Below the pieces are notes generated by a model, which had not been told where the DNA came from, made no database searches, and saw only the letters and a list, made by a program, of their open reading frames with translations. The position numbers and the translations under genes were made by a program. From Candidatus Latescibacterota bacterium (GTDB lineage: Bacteria; Latescibacterota; UBA2968; GCA-2709665), in the NCBI GenBank assembly GCA_965219455.1, contig OZ244744.1, forward strand, positions 5,184,001-5,248,000: 64,000 bases of DNA, read 5' to 3'. This document shows positions 1 to 9,265 of the stretch, piece after piece (the stretch's first letter is position 1; each line of letters begins with the position of its first letter).

Positions 1-726
1 GTTGAAACCCTCCGCTTCCATGCGGTTGACCAGCAGGCGGTAGGCCTGGATCATGACCAGGGGATTGCTGGCTTTCATGGACAGGACGATTTCGTGGTAG
101 TCCAGGTCGGCGCAGATGCGCCCGAATTCCAGTGCCGATTCGACCATCCCCAATGGCGTGTCGCCGAACCGGCTCATGATGCGGTCCGAGAGGGAGCCGT
201 GGTTGGCGCCGATGCGCATGGCTGTGCCGTATTCTTTGCAGATGTTGACCAGAGGTGTGAATTTTTTGCGGATGCGTTCGATCTCAGCGGCGTATTGCGC
301 GTCGGTGTATTCGACAATCTGGAATTTCTTCTTGTCCGCGTAGTTGCCGGGGTTGACCCTCACCTTCTCGACAATCCGGGCGGCGATCTCAGCCGCGTTG
401 GGCGTGAAGTGAATGTCGGCGATCAGCGGGGTCTCATATCCCCTTGCCCGGAGTTCATTCCTGATGGCTTCAAGATTGCGGGCCTCATGCTGGCTCGGCG
501 CCGTGATGCGTACGTAGTCCGCCCCCGCTTCGATGATCCGAATGGACTGTTCAACCGTGGCGAGCGTTTCCAAGGTGTGCGTCGTCGTCATCGACTGTAT
601 ACGGATGGGTTTGTCCCCGCCAAGGGGAACGCCGCCTATGTCCACTTCCCGTGTCCGGTAACGGCAATACTCGGTGAGGCTGTTGCAGTATTCTCGATGA
701 TCCGCCTGCAGGTCGGTAATCAGCAT
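1..726 (-). CDS. ispG: 4-hydroxy-3-methylbut-2-en-1-yl diphosphate synthase, 5' part (runs off the window start)
   Basis: Not in the ORF track. Manual translation of the minus strand from the ATG at 726 gives MLITDLQADHREYCNSLTEYCRYRTREVDIGGVPLGG ... MRIGANHGSLSDRIMSRFGDTPLGMVESALEF ... LSMKASNPLVMIQAYRLL, which are hallmark IspG motifs. Confidence 0.95.
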   Translation of the reverse strand, partial: MLITDLQADHREYCNSLTEYCRYRTREVDIGGVPLGGDKPIRIQSMTTTHTLETLATVEQSIRIIEAGADYVRITAPSQHEARNLEAIRNELRARGYETPLIADIHFTPNAAEIAARIVEKVRVNPGNYADKKKFQIVEYTDAQYAAEIERIRKKFTPLVNICKEYGTAMRIGANHGSLSDRIMSRFGDTPLGMVESALEFGRICADLDYHEIVLSMKASNPLVMIQAYRLLVNRMEAEGFN

Positions 727-782
727 AGGGCACGTTCACGCTAAGGGCAGAAAGGAGGGGCTTTTATATCCGACTCGGTACT

Positions 783-811
783 AATATAGAGGAAACCGGA
801 TGACGTGTCAA
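783..811 (-). promoter_or_regulatory. sigma70-type promoter for ispG
   Basis: Minus strand TTGACA (811-806), 17 bp spacer, TATATT (788-783), 57 bp upstream of the start codon. Confidence 0.75.
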
Positions 812-1021
812 TCGGCTCCAACGCGTTAACCGCATACCACCGCACCGGGGTGGTGATTCACGTTATCGGGGGAAGGAACGTGGGAGCGGAAGGGGCGGGA
901 TTTCGGCGAATCGGCCCAACGCCTGCAGTGAAAAATAGAGGAAGGGTACCTGTCGCCTGAGACCCGCAGGGAGAGAAGGAATTGGATTTGTGTGTTTACC
1001 CATGTGCCGCCAGCCCCGCCT

Positions 1022-3394
1022 TTACGGGTCCAGGGCGAGCGTGATGACCGTGACACCGGCGCCGCCTTCGTTGTGCAGTCCCAGGCGCTGAGATTTGATG
1101 AATTCGTGGCTCTGGAGGTGGGCGCCGATGGCCCTGCGCAGGGCACCGGTGCCCTTTCCATGAATCACTGCCGCGTGCTCCATTCCGACCAGGTAGAGTT
1201 CGTCGATGTATCTGTCGACGGCTTCCACCGCCTCATCCACGGTCATTCCTCTCAAATCCACTTCGGTGGCAACGGTGCCGCGTGCGGCGAACCCGGTGCG
1301 GGCGGCTTCTGAAGGGGTCTCTTCTGCAGGTTCCAGCAGTTCGAGGTCCGCCCGCCTCACCTGCAGCCGCACGTTGCCGACTTCGACCGACACCCTGGTT
1401 TCCTCAATTCGGCCTTCTGCCACGATTCCCTCTTTTTCGAGGCTCCGCACCCGCACCCGGCACCCCGGTTTGAGTGCGGGCGGGGGCGCTTCGGGTGTTT
1501 CGACCGTGTCCGCCAATTCGCGCCGGGCCTGCTGCACCTCCGCACGGGCTTTCTTAATGGCGCCCCTGTCGGCGTTGCGTTGTCTGAGTTCGGAAACGGT
1601 GCGTTCGATGAGGGCATTGGCTCCGTCCAGAATGCGCCGCGCTTCTTCCTCCGCGCCACGTTTGAGCGCCCGCTCCCGTTGTTCCACCTCTCTAAGGCGA
1701 CCTTTATACTCTGCGCTAAGGCTTTCCATTTCACGTCGGTTGGATCGCGCCCGCTCCAGTTCTTCGTTATAGCGCTGGTAGGTGTCGTCAAGATCCGCAA
1801 TGAGGGCTTCCATGCGGCCTATATCGCTGCCCGCAATACGCTCGGCTTCGTCGACAATGTCGGATGGCATCTGAAGCCGGCGGGCGATTTCGAAGGCATA
1901 GCTGCTTCCGGGCGTATTGAGACGAAGCTGGAAGGTGGGGGTCAGGGTAGCCGCATCGAAGGCCATGGAGCCATTGGCCATACTCTCCGTGCGGTGCGCA
2001 TAGGCTTTGAGTGCCCCGTGATGGGTGGTCGCGACGGTATGGCATCCCCTTTCATTGAGTGTACTCAGGAGGGCCATCGCCAGGGCCGCGCCCTGGTCGG
2101 GGTCGGTGCTGGCCCCAACTTCGTCGAGAAGGACAAGGGACCGGGCTTCGGCATCGTTGGTGACCTCAACCAGATTCGCCACGTGGGAGGAAAAGGTGCT
2201 GAGGTCGTTCTCGATGGACTGTGCATCGCCGATGTCTGCAAAGACACCGGTGAAGATCGGAAACTGCGACTGTTCCGCGGTCGGCACGGGCAAGCCGGCC
2301 TGAGCCATCAGCGCAAGTATGCCGACTGTTTTGAGGGCAACGGTCTTGCCGCCGGCGTTCGGACCTGTCAGGACGAGGGTGCGAATGGCATCGTTGCCCA
2401 TTGTAAGGCTAAGCGGAACAATGGAATCGGACCGGTTCTCACCGCGCAGGCGGTGGACCAGAACGGGATGCCGGGCGTCGTGCAGTTCGAGGCGTCCTTC
2501 CAGGTTGAAAATAGGCTCGCTGCACTTAAGTTCGCGCGAAAAGTCGGCCTTCGCGTACACGGCATCGAAATTTCCCAGAATGCGCAGGTTTTCAAGCAGG
2601 CTGTCGCCGATTTCAGCGACCTTCCCGGTAAGTTCGCGAAGGATGCGTTTCACCTCCTGTTGCTCGGCCAGTTCGAGTTGCCGCAGCCGGTTGTTGAGCG
2701 CCAGTGTGGCCATGGGTTCGACAAAGAGTGTGGCGCCACTGGACGATTGATCGTGTACCAGGCCTTCCAGCCGGTGTTTCTGATTTTCCCGGACCGGTAT
2801 CACGAAGCGGCCGTTCCGGATGGTGATCAGCCGTTCCTGCACCACGGTGTCGGGGAGCCGCTTCAGGATGCTCTCAACGGAACTGCGGATGCCGGACCGC
2901 GTCTGTTCCAGGCTTCGCCGGATCCGCCTCAATTCGACGCTGGCGGAGTCCTTGATGGTTTCCGTCGGGGGATCGATGGAACGATGTATGCGCGCTTCCA
3001 GATCGGGGTGCTGGGACAACCCGGCCACGAGCGCCTGGAGTCGGGGATATTTCGCCTTCCGTTTGAAAAAGTATCCCACAAAGCGGCGAGACATCCGCGC
3101 AATTTCGTCAATCTGGATGAGTTCACCGATGGTGAGCGTCGACCCTGGAACCGAGGCGGTGCGGATCGAGGCGCGAATGTCGGGCATGCGTCCGATTGGA
3201 ATGGGATCGTCATACCCGATCAGATCCATGGCTTCGAGCACCGGACGCAGCCGGGCTTCAATGCGTTCGGGGTTGTCTGCCGGAGCGAGGCTTTCGACTT
3301 GGTCCCGACCGGGAACGGAAACGGCGCGTTTCGCGATAAGGCCGAGAATCTTACTGAATTCGAGGGTCTGGAGGGTTTTGGGCGGTAGGGTCAT
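1022..3394 (-). CDS. mutS2: endonuclease MutS2 (ribosome-splitting factor RqcU family)
   Basis: 790 aa; LTGPNAGGKT Walker A, FADIGDAQSIENDLSTFSSH, LLDEVGASTDP, coiled coil, KOW-like segment and C-terminal Smr domain (VDLRGMT...IHGKGTGALR). Confidence 0.96.
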   Translation of the reverse strand: MTLPPKTLQTLEFSKILGLIAKRAVSVPGRDQVESLAPADNPERIEARLRPVLEAMDLIGYDDPIPIGRMPDIRASIRTASVPGSTLTIGELIQIDEIARMSRRFVGYFFKRKAKYPRLQALVAGLSQHPDLEARIHRSIDPPTETIKDSASVELRRIRRSLEQTRSGIRSSVESILKRLPDTVVQERLITIRNGRFVIPVRENQKHRLEGLVHDQSSSGATLFVEPMATLALNNRLRQLELAEQQEVKRILRELTGKVAEIGDSLLENLRILGNFDAVYAKADFSRELKCSEPIFNLEGRLELHDARHPVLVHRLRGENRSDSIVPLSLTMGNDAIRTLVLTGPNAGGKTVALKTVGILALMAQAGLPVPTAEQSQFPIFTGVFADIGDAQSIENDLSTFSSHVANLVEVTNDAEARSLVLLDEVGASTDPDQGAALAMALLSTLNERGCHTVATTHHGALKAYAHRTESMANGSMAFDAATLTPTFQLRLNTPGSSYAFEIARRLQMPSDIVDEAERIAGSDIGRMEALIADLDDTYQRYNEELERARSNRREMESLSAEYKGRLREVEQRERALKRGAEEEARRILDGANALIERTVSELRQRNADRGAIKKARAEVQQARRELADTVETPEAPPPALKPGCRVRVRSLEKEGIVAEGRIEETRVSVEVGNVRLQVRRADLELLEPAEETPSEAARTGFAARGTVATEVDLRGMTVDEAVEAVDRYIDELYLVGMEHAAVIHGKGTGALRRAIGAHLQSHEFIKSQRLGLHNEGGAGVTVITLALDP

Positions 3395-3467
3395 AAGGTC
3401 ACCAATCGATAGGAAAACCCGTGTGGTTTCCCCGCACGAATAAACCCCGCGTCAGCACCGGGCACCA

Positions 3468-4136
3468 TTATTTCTGTTTGCCGGTAGATGAGGACGATTG
3501 GGGATCCCGTGGCGTTTGTTTTTCTTTCCCCTGAGATTCCTCGATGAGTCCCTTCAACTTGGCGCGTGCTTTTCCGGTTCCCCGGGTCATACTTTCCACA
3601 AAGGGATGGACCGATGACTTCTGTTCGTCTGGTACGAGGTATTTGTAGAGCTCCGATGCACGTGGAACACCGTCTTTGACGGCATCCATCAGGACCAGGC
3701 AAGCCTGCTGTACGTGACGCGTTAGCCGCGCATCGTCAATGTATGCCTTCACCCCGGGGTGAGGGGCATACGCCCTCAGCAAAAGGATCAGTAATCCCAG
3801 CAGAAGTACCCCCTGCGCCATGCCGAGTACGCCGCCGCACAGCGTGTCCACGACGCCGAAGGGAGTGGCCTTGAGCATGACCTGAAGCATGCGTCCGAGA
3901 AGGTAACACGCGATCAACGTCGAGAGGAATGCACAGACAAAGCCGAGCAGGGCAGGGCCATGACCCGCATTCTCACCCGAAATCCACTCCGCGACCACGC
4001 CACCGTACGCGAGGCCGAGTCCGTAAGCCAGAACAAAGCTGGCGAGACCAACCAGGCCCCTGACCAGTCCGATGCGGCACCCTCTGAAAACCATCCAGCA
4101 GAGCCCGATCAGCAAGATCAGGTCGACTATGTTCAT
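3468..4136 (-). CDS. cvpA: CvpA (colicin V production) family membrane protein
   Basis: MNIVDLILL...FRGCRIGLVRG...VDTLCGGVLG pattern, about 4 TM helices, GGAGG RBS before the ATG at 4136, upstream of mutS2. Confidence 0.8.
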   Translation of the reverse strand: MNIVDLILLIGLCWMVFRGCRIGLVRGLVGLASFVLAYGLGLAYGGVVAEWISGENAGHGPALLGFVCAFLSTLIACYLLGRMLQVMLKATPFGVVDTLCGGVLGMAQGVLLLGLLILLLRAYAPHPGVKAYIDDARLTRHVQQACLVLMDAVKDGVPRASELYKYLVPDEQKSSVHPFVESMTRGTGKARAKLKGLIEESQGKEKQTPRDPQSSSSTGKQK

Positions 4137-4171
4137 TCGGTCCTCCCTCTGACCTCGTGTCCCGTCCCGAA

Positions 4172-4180
4172 AATATATCA
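4172..4180 (-). promoter_or_regulatory. extended -10 promoter for cvpA-mutS2
   Basis: Minus strand TG-A-TATATT with no good -35, downstream of the rpsU terminator. Confidence 0.45.
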
Positions 4181-4277
4181 CCATTCAGCAATCTATTTCC
4201 GGAACAGAACACCAGATGGAAACACGGGGGTACCGCGACGTCATTGATTGAAACTGTCGACCTCAATGACGAAGCCC

Positions 4278-4319
4278 AAAAAAATACAACCGCATCCGAA
4301 GGCGAATCGGTGCGGTTGT
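4278..4319 (-). terminator. intrinsic terminator after rpsU
   Basis: Stem ACAACCGCATCCGA (4286-4299) / TCGGTGCGGTTGT (4307-4319) with one bulge, followed on the minus strand by a T7 run (A run 4278-4284). Confidence 0.7.
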
Positions 4320-4343
4320 CGTTGCCGTACTCACAATTTTGAT

Positions 4344-4541
4344 TTATTGGTTGAAGCGCGTTTCGAATTTCATGCGTTTGCGCTTTGCCGCGGCGATTTT
4401 TCGTTTCCGGCGCTCGCTGGGTTTCTCGAAATGCTGATGCTTTTTCATCTCGGTCATTATACCTGCTTTTTCGCAGGTTTTCTTAAACCTTTTCAGCGCT
4501 TTTTCAAATGGCTCGTCATCTCTCACCACAACCTTGGCCAT
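4344..4541 (-). CDS. rpsU: 30S ribosomal protein S21
   Basis: MAKVVVRDDEPFEKALKRFKK...HFEKPSERRKRK; AGGAGG RBS. Confidence 0.97.
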   Translation of the reverse strand: MAKVVVRDDEPFEKALKRFKKTCEKAGIMTEMKKHQHFEKPSERRKRKIAAAKRKRMKFETRFNQ

Positions 4542-4670
4542 AAGCTGGACTCCCTCCTTTCCGTTTCCTGCAGAAACAAGCCATGCTTAAGAGCAATAGA
4601 AATTGACGACCGAAGGCCAGCCCATTTTCTTGCCAACATTGCATTGGCTTGCAGGAATTTGATGGTTCTA

Positions 4671-4699
4671 AATATATAAAAATGAAAGATATTATGCAA
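4671..4699 (-). promoter_or_regulatory. promoter for rpsU
   Basis: Minus strand TTGCAT (4699-4694), 17 bp spacer, TATATT (4676-4671) in an AT-rich patch. Confidence 0.6.
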
Positions 4700-4713
4700 A
4701 CGTTTTTCTTTGG

Positions 4714-4743
4714 TTGACTGGATGCTTGTAAAATTTGTATACT
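4714..4743 (+). promoter_or_regulatory. promoter for the histidine kinase operon
   Basis: TTGACT (4714-4719), 18 bp spacer, TATACT (4738-4743); divergent from the rpsU promoter. Confidence 0.55.
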
Positions 4744-4990
4744 TCCTGTACGCCGACAGACTGTTTTGTCCGAGTCTTCCGGCCTCTGCAAAACTCCGGG
4801 GTGAACGCCTCGTTGCCGTTCTGTGACGTGGGGACCGGATCGGAGACGCGATGACGGCAGGTTGTCATAGCGGATCGGGTAGTATCGAATCTGCTGCCGG
4901 CGCTGTGCGGACTCGAACAGTGTTGTCAAGGGAATGGTACGGAACTTAAGGAGACCCAGGACGTTGAGGTAGGAGAAGGGAGCCAAAACG

Positions 4991-6328
4991 ATGGGCGCAC
5001 GAACAAAGGATGTCACAGGTCGAACAGATGGGCCCGGGTACACCGGTTCCACGGGCGCGCCGGTGGTGCGGCGAGGTCGTCTGAAGGTGGGGCTCCAGAA
5101 CTCTTACAGTCTCGGTGCCTATCTGTTTCTGGCGGCAACGGTGATTATCCTGGCTTTCCTGGTATATATGCAGATCTTCGTTGTGGATCCGATGCGTCGA
5201 GATTCCCGCGACATTATCAAACGGCTGGCCTTCTTCTACGGGATGGCCACCCAGGATACCGTGGTTGTCAGCGACCTCGACGTCGAATTTATCTTCCAGA
5301 CCATTTCCAATACCAATTTCCCCGTGGTTATTACCGGGTCCCGGGGTGAACCCCATATGTGGAAGGCTATCGAGATTCCGCTCGGCAACCCGGGCGACCT
5401 CGGTCCGGACGACCTGAGGCGGATGCAGGGGATCGTTCGCCGGCTGGATACCGAGAATCCGCCGTATTCGTTTGAAATTCCGCAGATCGGTCCGCGCGTC
5501 CTGCACTATGGCGATTCACCGCTGGTACGACGGCTGGCATGGCTGCCGTGGGTTGCGCTTTGCGTCACGGCGCTCTTTGTCGGGGTGGGTTATCTCGGAT
5601 TTCGCAATATCAAAAACAGCGAACAGAGATCGATCTGGGTAGGGATGGCCCGCGAGACCGCTCACCAGCTCGGCACCCCTCTTTCCTCGCTGTATGGTTG
5701 GATCGAATTGATAAAAACGGAACTCGAGCATTCTTCCGGCCCGGTGGATGAACAGACGCGCAGGCGGTTCGACCAGATCGTGGTCTCGATGGAGGAGGAT
5801 ACCAGCCGGTTGAATAAGATCGTTTCCCGTTTCAGTCTTATCGGCTCCACGCCGGAGCTCCGCCTGGAGAACCTTCGTCGTGTGGTTGAGGAGACGGCAT
5901 CCTATCTGCGCGGTCGACTCTCGCGGGAGGTCCAGATCGTACAGCGAGACTACGAAGTTCCGCTGGTCCCGTTGAATCGGCAGTTGCTGGGCTGGGCTTT
6001 TGAGAATCTGTTCAAGAATGCCGCGGACGCCATGGAAGGCAAGGGTGGAAAGATAGAGATTTCAGCGGAGGTGCGGTCAGAGGGCGAGTGGGTGGACGTT
6101 CGGGTGCGAGACAATGGCAAAGGGATTCAGCCCCATCTCCTGAAGCAGGTTTTTCTACCCGGCTACAGTACAAAGGAGCGGGGCTGGGGGCTGGGGCTCG
6201 CATTTGTCAAACGTATAATCGAAGACTATCATCGGGGCAGGATTTCCGTCCAGGAAAGTCTGCCTGAAATGGGAACCACGTTCCTGATTTCATTACCCCT
6301 GAGGCCAGCGGAAGAGCGGGTTTCTTAA
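4991..6328 (+). CDS. two-component sensor histidine kinase (2 TM, HisKA, HATPase)
   Basis: H-box WVGMARETAHQLGTPLSSL, N-box ENLFKNAADA, G1 DNGKGI, G2 GWGLGL. Confidence 0.93.
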   Translation: MGARTKDVTGRTDGPGYTGSTGAPVVRRGRLKVGLQNSYSLGAYLFLAATVIILAFLVYMQIFVVDPMRRDSRDIIKRLAFFYGMATQDTVVVSDLDVEFIFQTISNTNFPVVITGSRGEPHMWKAIEIPLGNPGDLGPDDLRRMQGIVRRLDTENPPYSFEIPQIGPRVLHYGDSPLVRRLAWLPWVALCVTALFVGVGYLGFRNIKNSEQRSIWVGMARETAHQLGTPLSSLYGWIELIKTELEHSSGPVDEQTRRRFDQIVVSMEEDTSRLNKIVSRFSLIGSTPELRLENLRRVVEETASYLRGRLSREVQIVQRDYEVPLVPLNRQLLGWAFENLFKNAADAMEGKGGKIEISAEVRSEGEWVDVRVRDNGKGIQPHLLKQVFLPGYSTKERGWGLGLAFVKRIIEDYHRGRISVQESLPEMGTTFLISLPLRPAEERVS

Positions 6329-6339
6329 CGGCCGGGAGC

Positions 6340-7905
6340 TTGAACACCATGAGAGAAAAGCAGGTTCTGTGGGCGGATGACGAAATTGACCTTTTGAGGC
6401 CGCATACGATGTTTCTTGGATCACGCGGCTATAAGGTAACGCCGGTTACGAACGGGGACGACGCCATTGCGATGGTGAAGCAGCGGGGGTTCGACATCGT
6501 CCTTCTGGATGAGATGATGGCCGGTCGAGGTGGGCTTTCCACGCTTGCAGTGATCAAGGAAATCAACCCCGATATCCCCGTAATCATGATAACGAAGAAT
6601 GAAGAGGAGCGCCTGATGGAGGAAGCGCTGGGCCATCGGATCGACGATTATTTAACCAAACCGGTGAATCCCAGCCAGATTCTGTCGGCCTGCAAGAAAC
6701 TACTCGACGCACGTCAGATTGTGGCGGGGCGAATGGGGCTGGATTATGCCGCCGTGTCCAAACGTATACGTGCGTCCATGGCCGGCGACGTTACCTGGAA
6801 GGATTGGATCGATATCCATGTGAAGCTATCCGAATGGGATCTGGAACTGGACCGGTTCTATGATGCCGGCCTGAGAAAGATGCACGAGGATTTGCGGCGG
6901 GCGTGCAACAGGGCGTTCGGACGCTTCGTAGAAGCCAATTATGCGAACTGGCTTCAGGACGATATGGATTCTCCGGTGTTATCCCTCGATGTCGTAAGCG
7001 AGTTTGTGTTGCCCGCGCTTCAGGACGGCCAGCAGGTATTCTTTGTGGTTGTGGACTGTATGAGATTGGATCACTGGTTGGCCATCGCACCCCTCTTGTC
7101 CGAACTGTTTAATATAGAGCAACACTACCACTATTCCATTCTCCCTACGGCCACACCCTATTCCAGAAACGCCATTTTCAGCGGTCTTTTCCCTAGCGAT
7201 GTAGCCGGTTTGTATCCGCAGGAGTGGCGTTCGGGTTGGGACGACGACAACAGCCGAAACCGGCACGAGCATCAGCTCCTGGATAGCCAGATTCAAGAAC
7301 TGGATCCAACGTTGAAGCTGGATACCCGATACGTTAAGGTGCTGGATATTGCCGAGGGCAACCATCTGGTTAAAAAGGTGCATTCATACCGGTCTTTCCC
7401 TCTGATGTCGGTGGTGGTCAATTTCCTGGATATTCTGGCACACGGAAGGTCGGAATCGGATATTCTGAAGGAAATGGCGCCAAACGAGTCCGCGTACCGG
7501 TCGCTCAGCCGATCCTGGTTTTCCCATTCATCGTTGTTCGAGATGTTGCGAAAGCTGGCGGAAACCGATACCACGGTGGTGTTGACAACCGACCACGGCT
7601 GCGTTATGAGTAATCGCGCGACCGTAGCGCATGGAAACCGTGAGACGTCGACCAATCTCCGATACAAATACGGCAAACACCTTCGATGCGACCCCCGGCA
7701 CGCCCTCTATATTGCGGATCCGGATGTCTATCGCCTGCCCAATTTAGGAATGGGCACCACATACATCATTTCTCGGGAGGACTACTATTTCGTCTATCCC
7801 ACGAAATTCAACGAATACCAGCGGTATTACGCGAATAGTTTCCAGCACGGCGGCATTTCTCTCGAGGAGATGGTCCTGCCGGTTGCGGTTCTTAGAGGCA
7901 AATAG
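6340..7905 (+). CDS. PorX-like response regulator with PglZ/alkaline-phosphatase domain
   Basis: Receiver domain (VLWADDE, LLDEMM, DYLTKPVNP) followed by VVDCMRLDHW, SILPTATPYSRNAIFSG, TTDHG and FQHGGISLEEM, as in PorX. Confidence 0.9.
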   Translation: MNTMREKQVLWADDEIDLLRPHTMFLGSRGYKVTPVTNGDDAIAMVKQRGFDIVLLDEMMAGRGGLSTLAVIKEINPDIPVIMITKNEEERLMEEALGHRIDDYLTKPVNPSQILSACKKLLDARQIVAGRMGLDYAAVSKRIRASMAGDVTWKDWIDIHVKLSEWDLELDRFYDAGLRKMHEDLRRACNRAFGRFVEANYANWLQDDMDSPVLSLDVVSEFVLPALQDGQQVFFVVVDCMRLDHWLAIAPLLSELFNIEQHYHYSILPTATPYSRNAIFSGLFPSDVAGLYPQEWRSGWDDDNSRNRHEHQLLDSQIQELDPTLKLDTRYVKVLDIAEGNHLVKKVHSYRSFPLMSVVVNFLDILAHGRSESDILKEMAPNESAYRSLSRSWFSHSSLFEMLRKLAETDTTVVLTTDHGCVMSNRATVAHGNRETSTNLRYKYGKHLRCDPRHALYIADPDVYRLPNLGMGTTYIISREDYYFVYPTKFNEYQRYYANSFQHGGISLEEMVLPVAVLRGK

Positions 7906-8016
7906 CCGAGGGCGCATATCTCGCGTTCCCTGCCGATTTACAGGGGCAGGCGTTGCATGGCGATTCGCCCCGGGAATTTCCGGCGAAGCTTCAACGCAAC
8001 CTGGTAACGTATCCTG

Positions 8017-8472
8017 ATGCGGAACTCAAGGGCTGAATTCAATACGACGTCGCCGGATCAGACGCGAGCGTTCGGCAGAGAGTTGTCCGCTCGTCTGCGG
8101 CCAGGTGACTGTGTCGGACTGATCGGAGAACTCGGCAGTGGCAAAACCTGCCTTGCACAGGGCATTTGTGAAGGGTTGAACGTGTCGGACCGGGTGACCA
8201 GCCCCACGTTCATCCTGGTGAATGAATACCTCGGCAAGGACGTCGCGTCGCGTCCAATATCGATTTACCACCTTGATCTGTACAGGCTCCCGGACGTCGA
8301 GGCCCTCATTGACCTGGGATGGGATGATTATCTTGCCAGCAACGGCATCTGTCTGGTCGAATGGGCGGAGCGCGCCGGATCGCTGCTTCCGGAGCGGACG
8401 CTACGCATCCGGATTGAAATTCCGGAATCCGGTTCACGCAGATTCATACTTGAAGATGGAGAAGGCGCATGA
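8017..8472 (+). CDS. tsaE: tRNA threonylcarbamoyladenosine biosynthesis ATPase TsaE
   Basis: GELGSGKT, VTSPTF, YHLDLYRL, LVEWAE. Confidence 0.96.
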   Translation: MRNSRAEFNTTSPDQTRAFGRELSARLRPGDCVGLIGELGSGKTCLAQGICEGLNVSDRVTSPTFILVNEYLGKDVASRPISIYHLDLYRLPDVEALIDLGWDDYLASNGICLVEWAERAGSLLPERTLRIRIEIPESGSRRFILEDGEGA

Positions 8473-9233
8473 TACGGTACGCGAGGTGGATGTTGTTGTT
8501 GGTTGCCGTTTGGTGGTCGTATTGCGACTCGGCCTTTGCACAGGGGAATGTACCACGATGGCTGGTGGATGGACCCACCGCCGGAATGCTGCCTGCGGGC
8601 CGCCTGGCAGCGGATCTGCGCTTGTACGGCGACAGTGGAATTCTCTCCCAGATCGAAGTCGGCGTACACAATCGTGTCAGCATAGGGGTTTCATTCGGCG
8701 GACAGCATCTTGTGGGCAGCCGTGAGGCTGCATGGAATCCACGCGTGGAAGTGGCGGGCCGTGTCCGGGTGATCGAGGAGGAATTGAAGATACCGGCTGT
8801 TGCCGTGGGCTATCACTCCCAGGGATATGGGGAGTACGACGAGGGACTGAAGCGATACGCGGTCAAATCCAAAGGCTTTTATGCAGTGGCGAGCAAGAAC
8901 TACGGGTTTCCGCTTGGAGACATGGGGGTACACGCCGGATTGAATCGCAGTCTGGAAGATGGCGACGGCGACGGGGATATTTCGGGGTTTTTGGGCGCTG
9001 ATTTAGAGGTCAAGCGCGTCTTTGCATTGTTAATGGAATATGACTTCGCGATCAACGACAACGAAGACAATTCCCTGGGTTCGGGCAGAGGGAGGCTGAA
9101 TCTGGGCGGGCGCTGGATGCCTTCCGATCGGCTTAACCTTGAAGTGGATGTCAAGAACCTGTTTCGGGACGGCAAGCGGTCGAAAAGTATCGATCGACAG
9201 ATCCGGTTGGTGTATTATACGAAAGTCTGGTAG
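8469..9233 (+). CDS. exported putative outer-membrane beta-barrel protein (YjbH-like)
   Basis: Signal peptide ending AFA-Q, LVDGPTAGML motif, alternating beta-strand pattern, aromatic C-terminus; ATGA overlap with tsaE. Confidence 0.6.
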   Translation: MIRYARWMLLLVAVWWSYCDSAFAQGNVPRWLVDGPTAGMLPAGRLAADLRLYGDSGILSQIEVGVHNRVSIGVSFGGQHLVGSREAAWNPRVEVAGRVRVIEEELKIPAVAVGYHSQGYGEYDEGLKRYAVKSKGFYAVASKNYGFPLGDMGVHAGLNRSLEDGDGDGDISGFLGADLEVKRVFALLMEYDFAINDNEDNSLGSGRGRLNLGGRWMPSDRLNLEVDVKNLFRDGKRSKSIDRQIRLVYYTKVW

Positions 9234-9265
9234 GGTTCTGACCAGGGCATTTCCCGAGTCCCGCG

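Noticed and set aside
94-744. 216-aa plus-strand ORF
   Set aside because: Antisense shadow of ispG, whose motifs are clear on the minus strand.
1580-3388. 602-aa plus-strand ORF
   Set aside because: Antisense to mutS2, with no recognisable motifs; long shadow ORFs are expected at this GC content.
6340-7905. BREX defence system suggested by the PglZ domain
   Set aside because: The domain is fused to a receiver in PorX architecture; no brxC, pglX or brxL is present.
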